Source: a virus
Length of the DNA: 64,000 bases
Virus record (IMG/VR): IMGVR_UViG_3300031521_000042
Coordinates: 11,883-75,882 of that record
Direction: 5' to 3' (one strand)
The notes beneath the pieces were generated by a model. It saw nothing but the letters and a program-made list of their open reading frames with translations, was not told the origin of the DNA and made no database searches. Both the position numbers and the translations under genes were made by a program. Below are positions 56,259 through 64,000 of the stretch, piece after piece; within the stretch, counting starts at the first letter, position 1; every line of letters starts with the position of its first letter.

Positions 56259-57731
56259 ATGATAAATAATATGAAATATGAAACGTCAAGAGCGTATACA
56301 TTAAATAACAATGAGTATGAAAAAACTTATCCTATTACAAATATAGGTGCGATTTATATTGATGAAAATGAAACAACTTTATTATCTGATAAAATATCAA
56401 CCATTTTATTAAATTCAGAAATACTATGGAAAAATCAAAGTGTAGGTAAAGAGAGTATATACAGTTCACCTATTCTAGCCACATTATCTAATGGTACTAG
56501 AGCATTAATCTACACTAGTTGGGATTGGTATATCTATTGTAAAAATGCACTAACTGGAGAACTTATTTGGCGTTATGCTACAGGTGATGTCTGTTATGGA
56601 CGTTGCCAAGCACAGGACATTAACAACGATGGAAAGATTGAGATATTCGGAGCTTCACACGATGGAAATGTATATTGTTTAGATGAAAGTGGAAATAAAT
56701 TATGGAGTTTTAAAAATTTATATGCAAGAGAAGGTAATGGAACTGTTTCAAGTGCAGGAAATTATTATTTAACTGACACTACAAAGAATTGGTGTACTAA
56801 CTCATTTCAAAGAGGAACTCAAGGATTAAATGCAAGTGTACAAATAGTTTCAGGAACTGGAAATGGGCAGACTTTAGAAATTTCAAGCGTTGAAAGTAAT
56901 AAATTATGGTTCTATGACAATTGGACAACTATTCCCGATTCTACAAGTACATACAAGATAATTCCCAAATATACATCAGATATAAACTATCAACATGCAG
57001 GGACTTTAATTGAAGAAGATACAGTTTACTATTTATATGTCACAGGATTCGATGGTCAAATTGTAAAATTAAAAGCAAGCGATGGACGTTTAATATGGAA
57101 AAAGTCAACATTAGAATCAATCGAACCTTACCCTACAATATTGGATATAAACAATGATGGAGAATATGAAGTTATTATATCTTGTTTAGATAAACATGTA
57201 TATTGTTTAAAAGCTGATGATGGTAGTGTTGTTTGGAGTCAGACCTTTCTAGAACCATTAGATGCCTTTATTTCAGTAAATAGTAATTTAGAAGTATTAG
57301 CTTCATGTAGAGATAACAGAGTTTATGTATTAAATGGTTCTACAGGAGCAATTAAATCATGCACTCGTGATAGTTCAGGGGACATAGATTGTAAGCCATT
57401 TACTTATCCGTCATTAAGTGGATTTATATGTGGTACTGACGCAGGTTACATCTATGGTTATGATTCAGATTGTGAATGTCTTTGGGGATATAAGACACTT
57501 GATTCTACTAATACCTCGATGGTTGGAACTATGTTAAATAGTGAGTTAATTTTAATACAAGGCGATCAAGCTGGTGGATTACATTTTCTTGACAAGAATG
57601 GCAAACTTATAAAAGTTTTATATTTGCGTGGAGGTATCGAAGGTACACCGATTATTGAAAGTGGAACTAATTATTTTATATTGTATGTAACAACTATAGA
57701 AGGTTGGGTATATGCAATTAAAATTTCATAA
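56259..57731 (+). CDS. PQQ/FG-GAP-like beta-propeller protein (possible virion adhesin)
   Basis: Repeated ..G.LIW blades; DINNDGKIEI and DINNDGEYEV Ca-binding-like loops. Confidence 0.7.
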   Translation: MINNMKYETSRAYTLNNNEYEKTYPITNIGAIYIDENETTLLSDKISTILLNSEILWKNQSVGKESIYSSPILATLSNGTRALIYTSWDWYIYCKNALTGELIWRYATGDVCYGRCQAQDINNDGKIEIFGASHDGNVYCLDESGNKLWSFKNLYAREGNGTVSSAGNYYLTDTTKNWCTNSFQRGTQGLNASVQIVSGTGNGQTLEISSVESNKLWFYDNWTTIPDSTSTYKIIPKYTSDINYQHAGTLIEEDTVYYLYVTGFDGQIVKLKASDGRLIWKKSTLESIEPYPTILDINNDGEYEVIISCLDKHVYCLKADDGSVVWSQTFLEPLDAFISVNSNLEVLASCRDNRVYVLNGSTGAIKSCTRDSSGDIDCKPFTYPSLSGFICGTDAGYIYGYDSDCECLWGYKTLDSTNTSMVGTMLNSELILIQGDQAGGLHFLDKNGKLIKVLYLRGGIEGTPIIESGTNYFILYVTTIEGWVYAIKIS

Positions 57732-57794
57732 GGCTTTTATTAATTTAAAAGTCTATTTTTTATGCTCAAATTAAAAATAGAAAGGAATGATTAA

Positions 57795-59093
57795 ATGAGT
57801 GCAAATTCAACAAATTATAGTTTTCCAAAGCCTTTACTTACAGAAAGTGCAAATATTCAAGTCGTAAGTGATGCTATAGAAGCAATAGATAACACAATAA
57901 AAAGCGTTGAAAATAAGAACCTTGTACAAATCGCAAGTGGAACTTCTAACGCTATAACTTTAAATTTAGGAACATTGGTTAACGGCTATCAAGTAACATT
58001 TATAGCATTAGCAAATAATAGTTCAAGTGCAACTACAATCAATGGGAAAAGTGTTTTTAAGCCAAGTACAACCAGTTCGCCTACTTTTATAAAAGATAAA
58101 GGTTATAAGGTTTATTATAATTCAAATAATGATTGTTTTTTTTGCTTAGCTAGTGCAGAAGGAACTGTACTAGCTAGTCAAGTATTAAAAGATTGTACAT
58201 ATTCAACTGAAATTGATACAGGGTTAAAAGGAAATATGACTAATAGAGCAAATACTAAATTTCAAATATGTGGCTATGAAGGAATCACTGAATGTATACC
58301 ACATCCTACAGACCCAAATGGACAAGGTTTAATAACTGGTAAAAATCTTTATGGAAATACAGGATATATTGATGGAAATTCTCAAATTCAAATGTCAGTA
58401 TCAGGATTAGTTCCAGCTAATATTAGGTCTGGAGTAAAGATTGGCAAAACAAATGGCACTGGAAGTGAAGTTATAACTGGTACGTTTACAAATGATGCAG
58501 TATTATATCCAGAACATTTATTGGTGGGAGATAGTGGCTATGATGATGGAATATTAAAACAAGGTACTATGCCTAATTATAACGGTACAAATCAGCCAGC
58601 ATCTAATTATTGGCAAAATGGAGCAGGAACATTATATTTCAATCCTTCTAATACGGGATATTATACTGGTGGAGGAGGTTCTGGTATATATGCAAGTTGT
58701 GGAGATTTTTCACCTCAAAATATCGTAAATGGTAAAAATATATTTGGAATATTAGGAAATGCAACAATACAAAGTTTAGGTGGGGCAAAATATTCAGTAA
58801 TAACAGTTGCACCTCCATATGGACAATCTGTGGCAGTTAATCTAGGATGGAGACCAGATATTTTAATATGTAAATATGAGAGTAAGGGTAGTGGCACAAC
58901 TAGTCATCTGAGTGAGACTATTGATATAATAGCAGATAATGGAATGTCATTCTCCATAGGGGCAAGGACTACTGGTGATGGTGGTTTTTCTAGCACTCCA
59001 AATGATATAAGAACTAGTACAGGATATACAGTATCGGGAATGTATTATAACTCACCTACTGCTTGGAACTGCATAGCAATTAAATATAGTTAA
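57795..59093 (+). CDS. Tail fibre protein
   Basis: N-terminal baseplate anchor (STNY.F.KP...D.I..ID..IK); repeats PANIRSGV.I..GTFT.DA and PQNIVNGKNIFGILG typical of clostridial fibres. Confidence 0.75.
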   Translation: MSANSTNYSFPKPLLTESANIQVVSDAIEAIDNTIKSVENKNLVQIASGTSNAITLNLGTLVNGYQVTFIALANNSSSATTINGKSVFKPSTTSSPTFIKDKGYKVYYNSNNDCFFCLASAEGTVLASQVLKDCTYSTEIDTGLKGNMTNRANTKFQICGYEGITECIPHPTDPNGQGLITGKNLYGNTGYIDGNSQIQMSVSGLVPANIRSGVKIGKTNGTGSEVITGTFTNDAVLYPEHLLVGDSGYDDGILKQGTMPNYNGTNQPASNYWQNGAGTLYFNPSNTGYYTGGGGSGIYASCGDFSPQNIVNGKNIFGILGNATIQSLGGAKYSVITVAPPYGQSVAVNLGWRPDILICKYESKGSGTTSHLSETIDIIADNGMSFSIGARTTGDGGFSSTPNDIRTSTGYTVSGMYYNSPTAWNCIAIKYS

Positions 59094-59098
59094 TAGGG

Positions 59099-59530
59099 AT
59101 GGTGATGAGAATGAATCAAATTAAAACAAAAATATATTATTTTATATCTACTGGAGAAGTTTTACTTCACGTGATAAATATAGCATCTACGTCAAAAAAA
59201 GAAGATTATAACAATAATGTTCAATTACAAGAAAAAGATATTTCAGATATAGATTATATTGAGGTAGAAAATGATACACTAAATAATACTTTCAATAATG
59301 TAAAATCATATAAAGTCAATCCGAAAACTAAAAAATTAGAGACAATTTATTTTACCCAAGAAGAATTAGGTAATATACAAAAAGAACAAGAAAAAGAACG
59401 ATCTATTTTAGACAGAATAAATTATATTTCAGAATATGCTAATTTAGATAATAACTCTATAGATATATTAGAAGATGCAATTATTGAATATGAAACAAGT
59501 TTGATAACAAGTAGGGTGAAGGAAAGATGA
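59099..59530 (+). CDS. Tail fibre assembly/chaperone-like protein
   Basis: KIYY..STGEVL motif; follows the fibre gene. Confidence 0.6.
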   Translation: MVMRMNQIKTKIYYFISTGEVLLHVINIASTSKKEDYNNNVQLQEKDISDIDYIEVENDTLNNTFNNVKSYKVNPKTKKLETIYFTQEELGNIQKEQEKERSILDRINYISEYANLDNNSIDILEDAIIEYETSLITSRVKER

Positions 59531-59694
59531 CTAAACAAGAGGTATTAACAAAAATATTAACTAATAGGATTAATACTATGAAAGTAAATAAAGAATTAGA
59601 TTTTTCAGAAATAGAAACTACCATGAATACATTTTCAGCAGGTGGTAGTATCACATCTGAACAATATAATGCATTAAAAACTTTGATATTATAG
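59527..59694 (+). CDS. XkdX-like small protein (55 aa, not in the ORF track)
   Basis: MTKQEVL..GSITSEQYNAL; overlaps the previous stop (ATGA). Confidence 0.55.
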   Translation: MTKQEVLTKILTNRINTMKVNKELDFSEIETTMNTFSAGGSITSEQYNALKTLIL

Positions 59695-59731
59695 TTATTT
59701 TTATAAAATATAAGGAAAGGTGGTAATGTAA

Positions 59732-60439
59732 TTGAGTATAAACAAACTAAATCTTAGTTCTGGAAGTAAACTTTCAGAAAGTGTTTTCGATACAATAGAT
59801 GTCAACGATACTAGTCTTCAAGAGCAAATTGACACTAATACAACTAATATATCAGCTTTACAAAATAAAATAGATGATGTATCTAATCCATTAACAATAG
59901 TACTAACGTTAGATAAATCTAATATAGAAATAGGAAGTACAATAAATTCAGTTACTTTGAATTGGACATGTAGCAAAAGCGTAAATTCGCAAACATTTGA
60001 AGGAAGTGCGATAGATTCAACTCTAAGAACAAAAACATATAATGGCATAATAACTAGTAATAAAACCTTTACTCTCACGGCAACTACAAATGGTGGAACA
60101 ACAGTTACAAAGACCAATGTTATATCATTTGTAAATGGAATATATGTCGGAAAATCTACTTTGAATACATATGATAGTACATTAGTGAATTCATTAACTA
60201 AAACTTTATCTGAAAATAAAAATAAAAACTATACTGTTACAGCTAATTCAAATGAATATATATATTTATGTTATCCTAAAAGACTTGGAGTTTCAAATTT
60301 CGTGTGTAATGGATTTGCTGGTGGTTTTAATCTTGTTGAGACAATAAGTTATACAAATAGTTCAAACTTTACAGAAGATTACTATATTTATAAAAGCACT
60401 AATATAAATTTAGGATTGACAACATTTACAGTATCTTAA
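59732..60439 (+). CDS. Virion fibre/Ig-like protein, paralog 1
   Basis: Coiled-coil N-terminus plus beta domains; paralog of the gene at 60475. Confidence 0.6.
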   Translation: MSINKLNLSSGSKLSESVFDTIDVNDTSLQEQIDTNTTNISALQNKIDDVSNPLTIVLTLDKSNIEIGSTINSVTLNWTCSKSVNSQTFEGSAIDSTLRTKTYNGIITSNKTFTLTATTNGGTTVTKTNVISFVNGIYVGKSTLNTYDSTLVNSLTKTLSENKNKNYTVTANSNEYIYLCYPKRLGVSNFVCNGFAGGFNLVETISYTNSSNFTEDYYIYKSTNINLGLTTFTVS

Positions 60440-60474
60440 TAAAAATAAATTAGGAAAAGAAGTGAAATAAATTA

Positions 60475-61161
60475 ATGAATATAACAATGACAACAATAAA
60501 TATAAATGACAGTAATAATATAGATTCTACTACAGTTACTAATTTTAGTTCATTTATAGATGGTATTACTATTTTACAAAACAAAATGGATAATATTACA
60601 AATCCATTAGCAGTTGATTTATCAATAGAAACATCTGTAGCTGAATTAGGAAGTAATATAAATTCCCAAACTTTAACATGGACAACATCAAAGGATATTA
60701 CTTCTCAGGAGATAAATGGAGAATCTATAGACAAAAATCTAAGAACATTTGTATTAACTGATAGTATAACACATGATATTACATATACATTAAATTGCTT
60801 TGCTGATGGTTCAAATATAAGCGTTAGTAAAACGTTAAATTTTTATAGTGGGATATATTGGGGTGTATCATCCGATGATGATAGCTATGATAGTTCATTT
60901 ATAAATTCGTTACAAAATAAAGTATTATCTAATGATAAGAATAGAATTATAACTGTTAATGCTAGAGAAAGTGAGTATATTTATTTTTGTATGCCTAGTT
61001 CTCTAGAAAATCCAATATTCTCAGTAAATGGTTTTATTGGAGGGTTTACAAAAGTAGCAAATTCAATGTCATTCACAAATACAAATGGATATGTAGCTAT
61101 ATATGATATATGGAAATCAGAACAATCATCTTTAGGTTCTACAACAATAACTATAAAATAG
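60475..61161 (+). CDS. Virion fibre/Ig-like protein, paralog 2
   Basis: Shares LQNK.D...NPL, E.GS.INS.TL.WT, EYIY, F..NGF.GGF and LG.TT with the gene at 59732. Confidence 0.6.
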   Translation: MNITMTTININDSNNIDSTTVTNFSSFIDGITILQNKMDNITNPLAVDLSIETSVAELGSNINSQTLTWTTSKDITSQEINGESIDKNLRTFVLTDSITHDITYTLNCFADGSNISVSKTLNFYSGIYWGVSSDDDSYDSSFINSLQNKVLSNDKNRIITVNARESEYIYFCMPSSLENPIFSVNGFIGGFTKVANSMSFTNTNGYVAIYDIWKSEQSSLGSTTITIK

Positions 61162-61248
61162 TAAGTAAATTATAAAGTAAATATATAGATATGATATTTA
61201 ACACCTATATAGGTGTTTTTATTGTCTAAAATTAAAGGAGGAATAATA

Positions 61249-63435
61249 ATGGCTATAGAAATTATAGACGAATTAACTCAAAAAAATGGTGGCAATTTCC
61301 CCATTACGAGAGCTAGTAAAATTGCGTATAGCAATACTGATTCAACAGTAAGTATTAAAGATAAAATAGATACAATAAATTCAAACATATCTACACATAT
61401 AGACGATACAATTTCTCACGTAAATTCATCTGATAAAATAAATTGGAGTGATAAATATACTAAATCAGAAATAGAAAATAAGATAAGTGCTGTTGTGACT
61501 AGTTTAGATTATAAAGAACATGTAGCTACATTTGCAGATTTATCTACAACTTATCCTAGTCCTCAAGATGGATGGACAGTTAGTGTGGATGCTGATAATA
61601 TTACATATAAATACAATGGCACTATATGGTTTCCAGTATCAGCAAATTCTATACCAATGGCAACAGAGAGTCTTGATGGTAAAATGTCTAGTGTTGATAA
61701 AACTAAAGTAAATGGAATTAGTACAAATGCTAAAAAAGTTGAGTCAAGTTCAATAAATGGAAATATAAAAATAGATGGTACTGAAACAAATGTTTATACA
61801 CATCCATCTACACATTTGCCTAGTATTATATCTCAAGATGCAAATAACAGATTTGTAACCGATGCAGAAATAACAACATGGAATGCAAAAGCTAATCAAA
61901 GTGATTTAAATACAACTCTTGATAAAATTGGAGTTTTAAGTGATTTACCTACTACAGATAAGACAAGTTTAGTAAATTCTATAATAGAAACTAACGAACA
62001 ATTGTCCCATATTGTACAGGTATTTGCATCAAGTTTTGGTGCTATTGGAGATAATAACACAGACAATGCTACAGCTTTTCAAAATCTATCTTCTTATGTA
62101 AATACACTTACAGGGAAATCAAAAGTAGAAGTTATATTTCCCAATGGAACATTAAAATATAGTAATGGGTTAAATTTCACAAAAGAAGTTAAATTAAAAG
62201 GAACATTAGGGAGTATTTTAAACTATGTTGGTACTGGAAAAGCAATTTCATTAGGTAGGGATAATGTAACAAATACTGATTATTTTGATAACCAAAATTA
62301 TGAAGTTGATGGAATTACTTTTACTGGTGGAAATACAATGACATATGGAATATATTTCAATAAACACGTTACTATGCCAAGAGTATTAAATTGTAAATTT
62401 TTTAATTTTGGTAATAGTTCTGCTTGGGGTATATATTTTGACGACAATAATTGGGACGCATTTGTTCATAATTGTAGTTGGTTTAATCCCCCAACAGGAT
62501 TAACAGGTTTAAAATGGATTGGAATGTCACCTTTTGCAAATACAAGAGTTAGGATTTCAGATTGTTTAGCAAGCAATCTAAGTGGATGGGGAACAGCTAT
62601 CTATTTAAATGGATATAACTGTATTGTTCATAATTGTAAAATTGAAGGTTTTCAAACTTGTATTAGACTTGGTGGATATTCTAATTACTCAAAAATAACA
62701 AATTGTTATTTTGAAAGTGCAAATAATGATGTTGATGGTGTACACCATGGTTGTATTGAAATAGGAAGTATAACTGGTGAAGTTGGTGAAAATCTATGGG
62801 CTGATAATTTTGCAATTGAAAACTGTTATGCTAATCTTCATAATGATGGAACAAAAAATGAACATTTCTTAGCAACTACAAAGATAACACAAGGTTTAAA
62901 ATATGTTTCGTTAAAAAACATTGGTGTATCAAGTTGTGGTCAAGAATTTATATATCAAAATGATATAGGGTCACAAATTGGCAATAGAGCAAGTGGATGT
63001 TATGGTTATACTTTATTCCATACTCAAAACACAAGTGAAGAATGGGGCGATGTAAATGGTGGAAATGAAACATATAAAAATAATGCTGATAAATCGGCAT
63101 ACTTTGCAATTCAAAGTGGTAAAACAGCTACCCAATATGCAGGATTTAAAATAAATGATTATGATGGCTCACAACTTTATTCGGTAAGAAGTAATTCTAT
63201 TAAAAATATAGAATTTTTAGCGGGATTAGTAAATTATTTTACAGTTACTACAAATGGAGTGGGTTATTTTCACAAGACATTGTATGGTGATGGGGCAATC
63301 GGTGCTAATATTTTACAACTAACTGCAAGACATGCTCAAGATAGTGCTATAACAGTTGGAACACTATTTGAAGATAGTGCTGATAATAAACTAAAATATA
63401 AAAAATTTGATGGTACTGTAATTACAATAGGCTAA
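61249..63435 (+). CDS. Tail spike / receptor-binding protein with pectin-lyase-like beta-helix (possible depolymerase)
   Basis: FGAIGDNNTDNATAFQ..FPNG start of a right-handed beta-helix; start moved to ATG 61249, after SD aggagg. Confidence 0.75.
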   Translation: MAIEIIDELTQKNGGNFPITRASKIAYSNTDSTVSIKDKIDTINSNISTHIDDTISHVNSSDKINWSDKYTKSEIENKISAVVTSLDYKEHVATFADLSTTYPSPQDGWTVSVDADNITYKYNGTIWFPVSANSIPMATESLDGKMSSVDKTKVNGISTNAKKVESSSINGNIKIDGTETNVYTHPSTHLPSIISQDANNRFVTDAEITTWNAKANQSDLNTTLDKIGVLSDLPTTDKTSLVNSIIETNEQLSHIVQVFASSFGAIGDNNTDNATAFQNLSSYVNTLTGKSKVEVIFPNGTLKYSNGLNFTKEVKLKGTLGSILNYVGTGKAISLGRDNVTNTDYFDNQNYEVDGITFTGGNTMTYGIYFNKHVTMPRVLNCKFFNFGNSSAWGIYFDDNNWDAFVHNCSWFNPPTGLTGLKWIGMSPFANTRVRISDCLASNLSGWGTAIYLNGYNCIVHNCKIEGFQTCIRLGGYSNYSKITNCYFESANNDVDGVHHGCIEIGSITGEVGENLWADNFAIENCYANLHNDGTKNEHFLATTKITQGLKYVSLKNIGVSSCGQEFIYQNDIGSQIGNRASGCYGYTLFHTQNTSEEWGDVNGGNETYKNNADKSAYFAIQSGKTATQYAGFKINDYDGSQLYSVRSNSIKNIEFLAGLVNYFTVTTNGVGYFHKTLYGDGAIGANILQLTARHAQDSAITVGTLFEDSADNKLKYKKFDGTVITIG

Positions 63436-63461
63436 TAATTAAAGTATAGGAGGAATATATA

Positions 63462-63734
63462 ATGGCAATTAGCAAAAATATAAATCTTAATAATGGTTTA
63501 GAAATAAATGATGCATATTTAAGAATATGTTTATTGAGTGGAAATAAGGATAATATAAATATTAATTTATGTAGTTATCTTTCACAAGAAGCATTTCAAC
63601 AAGGTAAAGAATGGTTAGAAATTAAAGAATATAATTTCGTACCAATTACAACCGACACATCTTCAAACTTTATAAAACAAGGATATGATTATTTAAAAAC
63701 ACTTGATGAATATAAAGATTCAGTAGATTGTTAG
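63462..63734 (+). CDS. Small spike-associated protein
   Basis: NFIKQGYDYLKTL.EY motif, commonly found downstream of spike genes. Confidence 0.6.
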   Translation: MAISKNINLNNGLEINDAYLRICLLSGNKDNININLCSYLSQEAFQQGKEWLEIKEYNFVPITTDTSSNFIKQGYDYLKTLDEYKDSVDC

Positions 63735-63929
63735 TTTATACGCAATAGGAATAATAAGTTCGTAAGATTTCTAAAAGAAGATATTTAATTTATTTTAATT
63801 TATCTTCTTTTTTCTCTGTAAATATAAACAATAAAATAAATTAATAAACAATTGACTTCTTTTACTAAAAAATGTTATATTATATATAGAATAACAAATT
63901 AATATAATAAGTAAAGGAGTTAAGTAATT

Positions 63930-64000
63930 ATGGAAGAAGAAAGATATAACGAAATTAGCAACGATGAAGCAGTAATAAAATTAGTGGGTAAAATTTCAAT
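63930..64000 (+). CDS. 5' end of a gene, possibly a tyrosine recombinase (partial)
   Basis: SD aaaggag, then MEEERYNEISNDEAVIKLVGKIS. VIKLVGK recalls the N-termini of some clostridial phage integrases, but only 23 codons are visible. Confidence 0.3.
   Translation, partial: MEEERYNEISNDEAVIKLVGKIS

Larger units (their letters stand above)
1..64000 (+). mobile_element. Large temperate Clostridium phage/phage-plasmid (SPbeta-like head, contractile tail)
   Basis: Contiguous phage replication, transcription, head, tail and fibre modules; no host housekeeping context. Confidence 0.9.

Noticed and set aside
1096-60117. Many minus-strand ORFs of 60-160 aa inside long + strand genes (for example 1096, 6496, 8662, 30491, 41648, 48154, 59818)
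   Set aside because: These are antisense shadows of AT-rich coding sequence, with no SD or motifs.
1-64000. CRISPR array, diversity-generating retroelement, retron or IS transposase
   Set aside because: I saw no regularly spaced repeats, reverse transcriptase motifs, TR/VR pair or transposase ORF.

Overview
This AT-rich 64 kb window is part of a large temperate Clostridium phage, most likely a phage-plasmid. Its cell-wall-binding moron proteins resemble those of the C. beijerinckii group. Almost all real genes are on the + strand. In order: (1) the 3' end of a plasmid-type Rep_3/RepB initiator, then replication, regulatory and homing-endonuclease genes (1-8 kb); (2) a YonO-like single-subunit RNA polymerase with a DxDGD motif, HU, PIN-PhoH, a 1.4 kb non-coding island with tRNA-Ser(GCT) and structured RNA candidates, a metallophosphoesterase and ClpP (8-19.5 kb); (3) an SPbeta-like packaging and head module whose large terminase is frameshifted (22.6-36 kb); (4) a PBSX/phiCD-type contractile tail (36-55 kb), interrupted by a 7.4 kb moron island between the tail chaperones and the tape measure gene; (5) tail fibre and receptor-binding genes (56-64 kb). 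The main observations are an un-annotated par/Fst-like type I toxin-antitoxin candidate (43.1-43.5 kb), a dispersed co-oriented 14-bp element AAATTAATGTATAA with a companion TAAAA-N6-TTTTA palindrome, four DUF5659-like mini-genes each next to a different endonuclease gene, two copies of a cloverleaf/kissing-loop ncRNA candidate, and a chimeric neck gene at the junction of head and tail modules. All family assignments come from recognising motifs by eye; no database searches were run.
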